A program made the translations under genes and the position numbers. The notes beneath the pieces are model-generated. The model saw only the letters and a program-made list of their open reading frames with translations, was not told the origin of the DNA and did no database searches. From positions 84,382,001-84,446,000 of the forward strand of contig OZ260663.1 of NCBI GenBank assembly GCA_965285935.1: a stretch of 64,000 nucleotides of DNA, in the 5' to 3' direction. Each line of letters starts with the position of its first letter. Position 1 is the first letter of the stretch. Of the stretch, positions 1 to 13,600 are shown piece by piece. This DNA is from Ophelia neglecta (taxonomy: Eukaryota).

Positions 1-3000
1 ATTTACTAGCTGTGAGATGCACCAGGAAGCTGAGCAGGGTCCAGGCAGCTCCAACCCACCCCAGTCTTTGGAGGCCTCAAACCCACCCCAGTCTCTGGAG
101 GCGGCAGGCCTGATACCCATCTTAGACTCTACAGAGCTGGCCATCCTGTGATAAGTTTACTCACAATAACACATTGCTTATACTGAGAGACAAACTGTTT
201 TTTCTAGACACTTTAGTCCAGGAAATTCACAGCAGGATGTTTTTTGCCAGTGTGTTCATAATGTCTTTTTTTAGTCACAGAGTGTTATTTTATGTCTCTG
301 GTTTTCGTGACCAGGAAAAGATTAGACCGTGTTCTTATTTTGTAATAAAACTGCCCTCTGGGATATTGCCATCTGGGTTTTGTTTTGCTATAATATTATG
401 TGTCTGGTACTTGCCCGCTCTTCTTTCACTTCCCTGTCTTTGTTCATTGAGGATCAGATCTTCCCAGCCATGGGAAGGTTAGCAGATCGTCTTCTTATAG
501 CACTTCATACAAATCTCATCAACCAGCTTCCCAATCAATATTTTAATATAGAATATTGATAATTTTTTGAGAAATTTCTATCTGGGTGAGAAGTGGTTTG
601 GCATCATTAGTAAGTAGTATAAATGTGTCAGTCTAAGACAGGAGTGTACTGCAGTACTACTCATATTTCATGGCATAGTATTGGGCCAAAATGAGTTTCA
701 TAGGGACAGTTCTTGAAAACAATGTATAATATGCATGGAGTCAATGGAATCAATATGTCATATTCACCTGATTGTATAAGACACAGAGCAGTACAAATGT
801 CTTTGACTAACCCTCATGTTTATAGCCATCTTATACCTTGATTTATGTCATGTACATGTACAATGCATTTTATATTTATAAACTCAAAATGTTCCTGTGA
901 ATATTAAAACAAGGACATTTAATGTTTGACAGGTTGACAACAGTCGTATGTAAATAGATATCAATATGTCTTGTAGTTGCTCAGTTTTTTGTAGACAAAT
1001 CTTCTAGCTCTTTGGCTTGTCATGTAATAAAAACTGTAGATTTACCCTGTAATAGGAAAACAAGAAATGCTTTGTCCATAACACAAGTGTATATAGTGAT
1101 ACAGGCATTCAACTGTGAAGGTTTTAGTTATCTAGGAATTAACTTCTCCATCTCTATGGCAAAAACAAATAATACCCAGTTTACTTCTAGAGTTGTAGGT
1201 GTACCGAGGTATTAGATAGCCTTACCAGAATGGTAAACTCCCACCAGTAAAAAACCAGACGTGTTTGATGTGGACACTTGTGTCTTGAAGGGTTGGGTCA
1301 ACAAGACATGAAGTATCTGGGTGTTTTGTATGACATCCTGTTGTGCTGGGCTTGTGTAAACCTTGTTCCTCAATGATTTCTTGATAGTCTCACTCTAATA
1401 AATCATGCTTTGTTTCAGGGATGCTCTATCAGCGAGGCTATACAGTTAGTTTGGCTAGGTATATTTGCTAAGATTATTGTTTAGATATAATAGCTAGGCT
1501 GATGTAGGTATGTTTAAATCAGACTGCACTTAACCATTGTGTTAAAGATTAATAAACTCATTGCCTTCGCCACATCCTCGTCAGCTGTTAAAAGTAAACA
1601 TTCTTTTCTCAAGTTCACTTCCTAACTACTTGTCGAAGGTGATCTCATCGGCTTGGTCCCCCTATTGTTAAACTCTGAGTATAATCTCTACAAAAAGATA
1701 TATCCTGCTCAGGTACAAAGCTCGGTAGATAAATGTCCAGCACTTTCAAGGGGATGTAAATCTTTGTTCACCCCCCCCCCCCCCCAGGTGATGGGGACCT
1801 GACACATTGTTCTGTTGGTATCAGTGTACTGAGTGTGAGATGTGATACTAGAGTTGGCACGATCTTCAATGTCTCTTGTGAAGATCATTGTGTTGAGATC
1901 ATGGACGCCTGTTATGTTCAGCCCCCCTCAGGGGAGCTCATTGTTCAGCTAGTCCCCCCTCAATCCTCTAATGAAGTTTTTTATTGAAGGTCTGATGGGT
2001 GAATTCTGAAATCATTGTTTAAGGGGTCATTTGACACTCTACAGACTGTACTACATCAATATCACAGTCCCCCACCCTCTCTTGTCCTTCTCTTCTTGTG
2101 ATCATAGAATCTTTTAACTGGTAATTGTTTTCCCCAGAGGTCATATGGACATTTTTCTCATTGAACTTCCTATGAAGAAAGAATTTGGAGGCACATAGTT
2201 CTCATCCTAAAAGATAACCTTAAAAAATTCCTACTGTGGTGTGCAGTCTTAAGTTCTAGACTTATTGGCATCATTGGTCTGCAGTGGAAAGTTGCCAATA
2301 CCATAATGGCCTGTTAGCCATTGTGAACTGTCATTCTGGCCATTGAGGAAGAATGTGTTAAGTTAACCATTCATCACCAGCCAGATATATAGTATGTGAT
2401 TGAGATGGTCAGAATAATATTGCTGTCTGTCTGCCATGTCAGGAAAGGTGAGCTTTGTTGGCTTAACAGACTACCAAAAAACCCCAGAACAGTGGGTTCC
2501 CAGCACAGGGGGTTTTATTGGCTTCATTGCTACATTTTTTGATTGTGTGGGATTTCTTATGAAAGCAGCCGCTATTATTAAAATGAACAACTCTTTATGG
2601 GACTTTGTTCTCAGTCCACAAAGCAGGAGTGATTGTGACAATTACAACTGTCTTGTTATCACCTGGAAAAAGTTATCTCAGTGGTAAAATCTCACTTCTC
2701 AGTTGGTGAGACAGGGGAAGTAGAGAGCGAAGGCAGGTTGATTAGTGTTTTTTAGGCCCGTTCCTGATGTTTTCCGAAGTTCTGACACCTGGTGAATAAT
2801 TAACAACACAAGTAACAACAGGCGCCTCCTGTGTACTACAGGTTAACATGACAGGTACTCAAAGGCATTGGCTGGGGAAACAAACAAGGGAGGTGTGGTA
2901 TTAAAGGAGCCCCCTTCCTGGCCTGATTACAGCCTCACGTGTACTAGTACAAGGTACATGGTATGTCAGCCATCCAGCTTCTGACCACTCCTTACCTAAA

Positions 3001-3984
3001 TACACTCAAACATCTTGTCAGAGCTTCCTGACTGACTCCACTAAAAAACCAGGCAATAGACTTGGCTTCACACTACTCACCATGCTTTCATAGGCAACAA
3101 TGAACAAATTAATCGACCTAGCATACATTCTATTAATTTATGCCTGAGAGAGCCCAATCCATGTATGTACATGTTTAGATCTGTACTTGGAGTGGCTACT
3201 GTAGTGTGTATTATCTGTGCTGTATGTGTCTTTACTGATACAAGCTGTCATGGCTATCTGCATGATAAGTGTCCAAGGTGCTTGTACAAATGTAAATAAT
3301 TTGGTCTTAAACATGGCTATAAATCTTATATCCCCTTGTGGACTGACTGCGTACAACAGGCCTAAACACCCAGAAATAACCATTAGCCTGAAGGCGTCAG
3401 TGTTGATTATTACAAATTAGATCCTAGCCTGTTAATATTACAGGTGTCCTAGCCTGTTAATATTACAGGTGTGAAACACACAGCTGATTGGGATTATAAT
3501 AGGTTTATTAGAGAGACATTAGAACGGCCGTTTAATCCTTCATATTGCTGACTGGAGACTAAATTTCCACCTGTTTGGTTCAGCAAGGTCTGATGTGTGT
3601 GCCCTTGGCTCTTGTCCATGGCTGAGGCTTGTTTAATACACATGGTCATGTACAGGAGGAAGGCTGCTTTCTCTGCTTAATCAAGTGAATCAGACACGGG
3701 CACCTGACGTGGTCAGGTAGAGAGAGACCACAGAGGGCCAGTAACAACACCGGCACCCGGCACACCCGGCACACTCGTGCACAAGGAACTAGTAAATCTA
3801 CCAGCTCTCTGGGTAGTAAATCTACCAACAGGCAGCAGACGTGAGGAGGCTAAGGAGTGGGAGAGGAGAGTTCTCTGGTCATGTACATCTGTCTGTCTGT
3901 CTGTGTGTGAGGCAGGCTATGATACCAGCACACACAGCAGATGTCAGCTCCCCAGCTCATGTGCCCAGGCCGAAGATTAGTCAC

Positions 3985-4155
3985 TGAGTCATAGTCTCGC
4001 ACACCAAGTTTGCACTCGGCACTGGCCGCCACTCACTCGAGAGAGATCGGCACATTGAGTTTAGTTGTGTGTAGCCGGGTTGTGCATGGGACAGAGCTGG
4101 GGTGAGAAGGAACAAAGATGGGAAGTGATTGGCTATAAATCATTGGCAATTGGCT
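3985..4155 (+). promoter_or_regulatory. Possible internal promoter upstream of the 4378 exon
   Basis: TGAGTCA (AP-1-like) at 3985-3991, and a GGAAGT / ATTGG / TATAAA (4134-4139) / ATTGG cluster about 240 nt before the ATG; motif matches only. Confidence 0.3.
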
Positions 4156-4377
4156 ATCTGTGTCCATACCTGTAGCCAGGCTGGCCTGTAACCTCACTGG
4201 GATTATATATACTTACTATAATGCTATATTTACTGGCAGTACACAGTCTATCGGGAGTATACACATAGGATACCAGGTATCAACATGGCTTATTGCTAGT
4301 GGGAGTACCTCATCGTGTACCCAGAAGGCATTCTCAGATCACTAGATCAGTAGATCAGCACATAGGAATAACTCATC

Positions 4378-4698
4378 ATGTTTTGTGGCTGTGGTAAAAA
4401 GAAGAAAAAAGACAAGAACAAAGATGATTATTACAAGAGGTACTCGCCCCCCTCCTCTACGGAGAAGTTAGTGGGTGCCCCAATGACCCCTCCTCCCCGA
4501 CCGAGGGAGGGGGAATCTCCACCGACCGACACCGCAGAGCAAGGCTCTCAGCTACAAAACAGTACAGGGAGCCTTTACGATGAGGCCGCCATCCCCCTCG
4601 TGGATGATCTCAAGGATAGTCCTAGTGCTGCTCAAAAGTCAGAAAAAAGTGATACCGAACTGGAAAAAAGTGAAATAAAAACTCAGAGTAGCAGCCAG
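4378..4698 (+). CDS. MACF1/DST: Candidate alternative first coding exon (107 aa, [11 protein letters not shown]...SSSQ), CH1-less isoform
   Basis: In-frame TAA at 4369-4371, A at -3 of the ATG, protein-like composition, donor CAG|GTAATG in phase 0 matching the phase-0 CH2 exon at 13411. Confidence 0.75.
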
Positions 4699-7600
4699 GT
4701 AATGTGTTTTTGTTTGAAGTCAGTGGCTCACGCCATTAGTAAGGGTGAGCTTTAGGACAGGTGTGTTCTGAGAAATAGGCCCATAGAAATGGTATAGGCT
4801 GTACGCAGCAGGCCAGAATTAACACAGAGTGCTTAACAGTGTGTGTTTATTATGTCAAGGGAAGCAAGTCCTCTGTGAATATTAACTAATGTATTATGAT
4901 GGCTATAGAACTTACCTGACACCTGGCCTGAAACTGATATCTCATTGTCTGACAGGCCGAGTCAGTCTCCTAACAGAATAATACCTCTAGGAAAGTAACA
5001 TGTAGCTTGATTTAATGTCAATATCCCAAGCCAAAGCTCTGCCATCTTCTCTAAAATTCACCTGATACAACTTAATATAATATAGTGATAGCTTTTTCTG
5101 GTTGGAATTTATGCTGAATGTAAAGTACAAATAGGAATTGAGTGTGTCAAGGTACATTACATGTGTTCAGACAATGTGAGGTGATTTGTCAACATTTGAC
5201 TAAAGGTTTCTTGACCCCAGACTGGTCGGTACAGGTCAGTATGAGATGTAAACATGATAGAACCATTGCCATAGTCTGGAGTCGTGTTCATTGTCACATT
5301 GCCCGTTGGTTGTGGACCCCGCCTTGTCTAGTACAACTGGCCCCTTGGCACACCCCAGAACAGAACCCACCTTTACAGCACTGTTTACACTGCATGCTGT
5401 GTTTGCAGTTTACACCTGGGCCAAATAGAATTTACAATCAATATTATTCCAACTAAATATGCTGTCTATTATTACCTGGGAAGCAGAAAGGAGTCCTGTG
5501 TGTTCTTCTCCACCGGGGTAGAATCTCTTGTTTGTTATCCTGGTGAGGTGAAAACCCGACCATCTCCAGAATACCTAGCATATAACAGGATGTGAACAGG
5601 GAGAGTTTGAGTCCCACAGGGCATGGCCCTTTTCATTTGAACATACCATATAACACTCATTGAATGGATCTACAATTATTCATTCTAGTATTGAAATATT
5701 GTGTTTAGATTGATCCTAGTTTTATGACAGATTGAAGTAGAAGACTGTAGACTTCTAGTACACAGTAATAGATGTACACAGTCTGTCATGTTCCTTAGAA
5801 AGGTCTGTATACATTCACCAAGTTGTCAGAACGGGAGAGGTTGAGCTTCAGTCATTAACAACATATCAGTGCCACTTAAATACACATTGGAATCAGGAGG
5901 TTGTACGGTTGTGAAAACACAATTTATTTTCATTAAATTATGATTATTTTCATTAATGATGAAGCCTGATTGGTAGCTACCAGTTGTTTAGTCCTTTGTG
6001 TTTATTAGAGGCACACTTCTGTCTTTGCTGGAGCTCTGAGCCTGTATCTTTATACCAGTGTTATAATCAGTTCATCCAGTCCCCTCCTCCCGGGGTGATC
6101 TGGTCCCCTATGTCTGGTAGTCACTAGGCCAGTAGAATCATTCTCAGTGGTACTCACCACCTCTATGTTGTCACTTTGTAACTTTAGACAAGGTAGAGGA
6201 GGTCACCAATCATATTAGATATGACCAAGAGACAAGCCATGACAAGGAGGGTCCACTTCAAGGGGCTCGGAATCATATTATGAGAACATGGGTACTTTTT
6301 AACAGATGGACCACATGAGTGTAAGTGGAGAGCACCACTGACACTGGTTGTATTAAACCCAGATCACATCTTCAAGGTCTGTCTCCACCGGAGTATGACT
6401 ACTGGGCTCTACATCCCTGGCTCCTACATCCCTGGCTCGTGATCCCCACCTCTTGTGATTAACAGTCTGTAATAGGTTTAATTTTGTTTAACTATATAGA
6501 ACACACTGTCATTGCCATGAGACTCCAAGGTATATTGGGCAATGATATATGTCCTCTTGAATAAGTGAGTCAAGCTCTTACGGAACCTGTTTTATGAGTA
6601 GATGAGCATGCAGGATGTGCTTATATTGATAATTTAATATTTTCTGGTGGCTAGTTTAGAAGCGTACCGTGAAGTCCTGAACTGTGATGGCTGTGTGCCT
6701 CTGACTAGATGCTGTCTACAGGTCAGCTGGCCTTATCACACACAGACTCCGAGACACACACACATGGCATGTGTTAGTACAGAACACCATGCCAGCTGTC
6801 AACACGGTCCACATCACAGGCAAATTACTAGGGAATCCCCCAACAAAGACAGGGATCACCCCAGGAAGGTCAAGGTCGGGATACCCCTCCTGGCTAGATG
6901 CACTGTAAACAGGAAAAGTTTCAACGATGATATGTAATTTGTTCAAATTACTAAAAAAAACATGGCTAATTTCACTGTAGTCAATATTGGGATTCATGAG
7001 TGTTTTATCGACAATGCTTATTTTAAGAAGTTTTTTTTTGCATTTCTTGCGAGGTTCTTTTATTAGAATGTACGTTCTCGACTTATTGATGGTGGCAAAG
7101 CTTTTATAGCAAACAGCCCTTGCCTTTGAAGATGTAGAGCAGCTGTAGGTACCCTGATCAGATGAGTGACATAGCAGGGATTTGCCCCGTGGTCACAGCC
7201 AGATGATGTGGGTGGGGTAGATTAACATCAGTAGACACTGCCAGCAGGCATATTAATCATAATGTCCCCCATAAAGTCCCCCATAATGTCCCGGGGAGCC
7301 TGCTCAAGGCCTGTTGGGATCATCTGTCATTTTAGTCTCATTGGACTCTATGGATTATCACCTCCCATCTACATTGAGTAGGTGTGTGGTATTTCTCACC
7401 TGGACAACACTGCTAAAAAGAGTACCGTAATTCCTCTTATTATTCATACACTCTATTTATTCAAACACTCCAGTTTCCTATAGTTTTACTTTTTTATACC
7501 TCCAATTATTAGTACACCTACATGATAACCTATGTTAGAGACTATGCGAAACTAGTAATAAATATAGTAATAAGTTTGTTTTTGCCCCTTATTATTCATA

Positions 7601-10600
7601 ATGCTGGACATTTAAATAAGTTCAGGCATCTGAAATATTTGAGTAATAACAGTAATTATAGATGTAGAAATAGAATCGCATTTCTGATTTCTTTGTTATT
7701 GTGGCTGCTGGAATTGTTTGTACAATGATATTTGAGAATCTTTAGGAGCACGGGAAGGCACTGACCAATCCTTGGTATGTCATTAGGTCAGAGGTCAGGG
7801 AAGACACTGGTAATAGATACATCCATGTCATTCATGTCCAGCTGAGAGCAGAATCTCTGCTACATGAAACAGGTCAGCTGGGATCACATGAAGGAAATAA
7901 AAATGTGGAGAACTATGACAGCTTAAAGTTGATTAAGAGATTAGCTGTAGTGTTTAGTGTGGTCTTAAGAGGTTAGGTTATGGTGTGTGATGATGTGATG
8001 TATGGTTTCTCTTGTTGACCTCGCTGGCTGTGGGTGACCACTGCTAGGTGAGTTCCTTGTCCTGCTCCCGGGTGTTAGAGTGTTGGTCAGCATAAACTTG
8101 GTAAATTACCAGCATGCCTTCCCTGTCAGCTCCTAGTGGCTGTCAGGGCTGACATCTCACTGGCAAGGTAGGAGCCAACAGCTCACTAGGAGGCCAACAG
8201 TCTGAAGCCAACAAACTGAGCAGGGAGCCAATACCATTCTGTGGCTCCCGGGGCGCTCACATCTGGCAGATTCCTTCAGAGAAATATCCAGCATGACTAT
8301 CATCCTATCATAATGGGCCCAAGTCAGGGGAATTATAGTGAAATATAGACAGGTTGTTCACAAGGCACATCATTATAGTAGGTTTTCCTGCTGGTATCCC
8401 TAGTAACTTGGTGGGAGGGAGGTGTGTGGGATTTGACTAGATACATGTAAATCTACTATTAGCCTAGATTACGGAAAGCAATGATAGTAGTATGTATGTT
8501 AGTGAGACACATGTAATAAATAGTTTATCTTCAGATACATACATGTATAATATATAGTTACTGTTACTGTAGCCATTTAAGGAAACCTGGCTGATACCCT
8601 GAGTTAATATTTATATTAAGTATCATTAACCCTTAAGTAAATTGTGTCATCAGGTTTAACTGTTAAGTCAGCTGTCATTAACCCTTGTGTCATCAGGTTT
8701 ACCTGTCAGTCAGCCGTTATTAACCCTTATATCATCTGGTGTATCTGTAGGGCGGCCAAGAAAGTATTGCTTTGTCTTATTGTTCGAGTCAACAACACAA
8801 AGAGTGTGAGTTGTTGACCAATCATGATGATCATGTACAAGGGTGTATATCATTTGTAGGATTCATGTTGGTGTTGATCTCATGCCAGGGATATATATAT
8901 ATATATATATGGGGGGGGGGGGGGGAGGGGATGGCTTGGGAGTTTATTTTAGAATTTCAGTGATATTTTCATCCCCCCTTTGAGTGGTAACATTCAGCCT
9001 TGTTTGAAGCTCTGTAGGCGTTTCATGCCCAGTCCTGACCCCTTTCTATATGTTATGGACAGGTGTAGCTGGCATGTTGTCAGCCCTAGGCTTCTGTCTG
9101 ATATCTAGTGTTTACCCTATAGACATGCCCTCCACGGGGCCAGCTCTGGGGCTAGGTGTAGGCTGTTACATTGGAGGCCCTCCTAATCTGAACTTGTAAT
9201 CCTAATGGCTGATTTATAGTATAATAGTATGGTGTAAAATGAATGAGGAATGATGTTATTAGATTGATAGTACAGGTAATCACACCTCTGACATGCAGTG
9301 TGTAGTTTACCTCCCAGTCACACCAATTGACAGCCCAATTGCTGGAGATGAAATAAAAATACCTCAGATGTTCGCTGAGTCAACAAGAATCTCTCACTTA
9401 AAAAAGGGGAAATGTTAATGTACTCCAGTCAGAAGGCTGATCATTGTGTTTGTGGTCTTCAAAGAGCATGCTCAGGATATTGGCACTTAGGGCCTTGTCA
9501 ACTTCTTTGTTCTTACCTATTGGGCCTGGCTCCTTTGCAGTGTATTTTGTAGTTTTGTGCTCTTCGTGGCTGATAGATTTTTCTCTTACCGTCAAACCTG
9601 AAAAGTATGGCTAAACATAACGTTCAGTTATTTCCTACAACTGTGGTTCCTCCTGGTTGTTAGTTTTTGAGGAGCAGACCCTGCTAGCTTGGCCCTGCCT
9701 GCTAGCTTGGCCCTGCTAGCTTGGCCCTGCCTGCTAGCTTGGCCCTGCCTGCTAGCTTGGCCCTGCCTGCTAGCTTGGCCCTGCCTGCTAGCTTGGCCCT
9801 GCTAGCTTGGCCCTGCTAGCTTGGCCCTGCTAGCTTGGCCCTGCTAGCTTGGCCCTGCTAGCTTGGCCCTGCTAGCTTGGCCCTGCTAGCTTGGCCCTGC
9901 TAGCTTGGCCATGCTAGCTTGGCCATGCTAGCTTGGCCATGCTAGCTTGGCCATGCTAGCTGGTTAATAGGCTATATGAGCAGTTATATACAACAGCATG
10001 GTCTCATAATCCATCGTCATCATCATCATCATCATCGCCATCATCCTGACTGCTAGCCGGGGTCAGCCAATCACTAGCTAACACCAGGGTATTGACCATT
10101 AGCCTGTTAGTACCAGACCTGTACTGTAGGCTAACCAATCACACCGAGTATATAAGCTAACCTGCCAATATGGCCAAGCTAGCATGGCCAAGCTAGCATG
10201 GCCAAGCTAGCATGGCCAAGCTAGCATGGCCAAGCTAGCATGGCCAAGCTAGCATGGCCATATTGGCAGGTTAGCTTATATACTCGGTGTGATTGGTTAG
10301 CCTACAGTACAGGTCTGGTACTAACAGGCTAATGGTCAATACCCTGGTGTTAGCTAGTGATTGGCTGACCCCGGCTAGCAGTCAGGATGATGGCGATGAT
10401 GATGATGATGATGACGATGGATTATGAGACCATGCTGTTGTATATAACTGCTCATATAGCCTATTAACCAGCTGGTGCCTGTAAGATATAGTGGTAAATT
10501 CACAACCATGAAACTGACCAAGGCATCGGTCAGTTTAGCACCTGGGGAAACCAGTCCAGTTTTATTACCAGCCTGTTCAGTGGCCACTGCCAGATATCAT

Positions 10601-13600
10601 GGCTCACATTTTTATCCAGATCTTATCAGCTGTACTGCAATGCAAACTGATGAAATCATCAGAAATGAAGCCAGGCCCTAGCTAAATGAATTGACTCCTC
10701 TCTCCTGTAAATCATTCACTCCCTCAGAGTTAGTTTAAGTTTGTACCTGCAGGTCTTCTCATGTGATATATCATTAGAAATAAGTTCATAGCTCTTATCT
10801 TTTTGTTGTTTTGTTCTGCTCTAAGCCGTTGACTGTTTTACTTATTTTTTCCATATTTCTCTCTTTGACTTGTTTTCTATGGTTGACCTGTTATCCGAGT
10901 TATTCAGGTAATTTGGTCTAAGACTAAGTTTGTGAGTTATCAAGGAATGCATTGTGTTACCAGGTTGTCAGGTACACTAGTGACTGGATTAAAACTGAGA
11001 TTGGCTAGTGATATGTTTTGAATCTTGATACTTCCTAGCACACAAATAACGCTGTCTTGCCTGTTTATTTATTCTCTCAAACGCTGAGTGAGTCCTCACA
11101 ACATCAGGATCAGGCCGTATATCATGCTTTTCAGAAGTGAGGAAACGGAGCTGGCTTATTTGCCACAAGATAAATCCTCCCCTACTCCTGAGAATGTTTA
11201 TGATTTGCCTCTTTGTAATAAGTCAGCTTGGACTAGAAGAAACTAGATTTTGTATTTTTAACCATTAGCTGTATACCGAGCCTGCCTGGCTGTAATACCT
11301 GCATGTAGCCTGTGGCTTGTCTGATCAAAAACATAACTGTTACTGTAATAATGGAGGCTCCCTGCATAATAAGGTTATACTGGATTATGCCGAGCTGGTG
11401 AATAAAAAAACCCTATGTGAATATTTGTGTGACTGACAATTATAAATATAAGCCCCCAAGTTAAATAACAAATTGAATTTTCAGACATCACAGAGCATTA
11501 ATATTATCCAGACTTCAAGGTTTGAGGGATCCTTTTAGATCCCAATATATCTTCGTTGTGTGGAAAGAGTGACTATGTCATATTTAGATAACTTGAGCAG
11601 GCTGTTGATTACGGAGCCCAACAACGCAATTGGCCTGGATTTATTATTGAATAAATTATATGTAGGTTTCAACCTGCAAAGCATATTTAAGTAGCTTTAA
11701 AACCCACATCAAATGTTATTGTTACCTAGATGTACCAGCTGGCTACTTAGAAAACATATATTGATGTACACGTTGATATATATTGATAGACATACCGATA
11801 TGAGGTTGCCTGGAGAATTTTCCTCTCCATGAGTTTAGTACCTAACATTGATGTAGGTATGTGTACATAGTTATGTAGCTCTGTTGGATGACTCAAACGC
11901 AACAATGTTGATGGTGTCTTAAAAAAAACTCTAGTTGATCATAATGTATTGATTTGCATATTTTATACAGTCTGCTAGCCTTACGGCAACAGTGGATGTA
12001 GGTAGGAAACAGGTGGGTCAGGTCACCTACTGAATTAAGAGGGGAGATTAGAGGGGTCAAGACTCCCTTTCATTTAGAAGTGGGGTGGCAGAGGGGTCAG
12101 CTATGACCTCTCCCCTTTCCCTTCTTCAAGGCTTTTGCCATGAGAGACCCCTGATTCACACACTCCCCAGGTAACACCTCTTATCTCGATTGCTAGGCCC
12201 CCACCCCCTGCAAGACTGCACCTAGTCACCTTGCCAATCTTTTATTGGGTGTCAGTTGTCTCTGAAGTCATGTACCTATTGTTCCAATGCACTTTTTTTT
12301 ATGTATTTGTAAAGTTAATAAGGACTAAATTTATTGATTTACAGCTACAGGTGGTGATCAGTGTACACAAACCTTGAATTTGTTACTGGTCAACCATCAT
12401 TTTGATACATTTGTCATTATGTATATCTTCTTAAACTAAACAGTTCCCAATTTATGCGTCATACATTTTCAGTGTGGTCTGTTATACAGTTTCAGTGTGG
12501 TCTGGCCCTGTGTATAACCCATTTAAATACATCTCTATCAGTGGGTGTCAAGATTCTATATGGTCTCTTGACCGGGCTGACCAGCCACTTTCTCTCAGAT
12601 ATTTATGGCATAATTGTACAACAAACGTCTGAAGAACCCTTCATGTGGTATGATAGCCGGTCTCATTGTTTTGGCTAGGTCATCAAACCTAGTCCTGGCC
12701 GCTAGAGAATCTCTGTTATGTCCTACAGGGGGAACTTAGGTCCAAATAGAAAATGGTCACAATCTGTAAATGTGCCAATTTACATATATGAGAGATAGTA
12801 TATTTATTTTTAGTTATATGATTCATCTTGTTAGACTATTTGTTTTAAGCCTTTAGTGTTTAGTCTCAGTGGGATGTGTGTTGTTTGGTGTACACCTAGA
12901 TCCGTCAATTAGAGAAGGTGAGCTGTGTGTTTCCTGTGAGATCCCTGGCCAGGCTGGCAGTCTTAACACTCGGATGATTAGTCTTCTCAGTCAGCTGATA
13001 TTACTGATATCATATCTATACACCCATTTCTCCTATTGAGATAGAATAATCCAGCCGGGCAATTACGTCTACAATTGTGATAATGTGTGGATTGTTGTTG
13101 AAGGCTGGAAAAACAAAAGCAGGAGATTAATTATCTGGCACAAAAATATATTTTGACCTTTTATTGTCCTGGATAGTGGCCACCTCATGTTCAAATAGTG
13201 ATATTTCCTAGTCAAATTTATAAAATATGCCATGAAGACAAATATTTTTTCTAATTGATGAACATGTTCCGTGATAATGATAAATTTGACAAGACCTTGC
13301 TCAAGAGTCCTCATTTATCAGCCAGGCTGTGAGAATTAAGTATAAAAAAGATCCTACAATTCACTCTTGAGTCCTTGTTGTTTTAAAGTGGTGTTTTTCT
13401 GTTGTTTCAGATATCGGACGTTGTGGTAGCAGGCCAGTCGGACCACCTCTCTGCCAAGGAAGCCCTCCTGTTATGGTGTCGTCGGACCATCGACGGCTAC
13501 CCGGGCATACACATCAAGGACTTCACCAAGTCGTGGAGGGATGGCAAGGCTTTCCTGGCAATCTTACACAGACATAGGTAGCAACACACTAGCAATCATT

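Noticed and set aside
1-4377. CH1 exons or a separate upstream gene
   Set aside because: No KTFTKW or LGLIWTIILHFQ-type coding sequence was found by eye and the short ORFs look non-coding. The region is probably intron of a longer upstream isoform.
8000-8053. Strong donor TAG|GTGAGT as another first exon
   Set aside because: The phase-0 frame ends in a stop and nearby ATG frames close before the donor; a non-coding exon cannot be supported from sequence alone.
10375-10587. His-rich minus-strand ORF
   Set aside because: The poly-His is a (GAT)n microsatellite inside the inverted-repeat arm.
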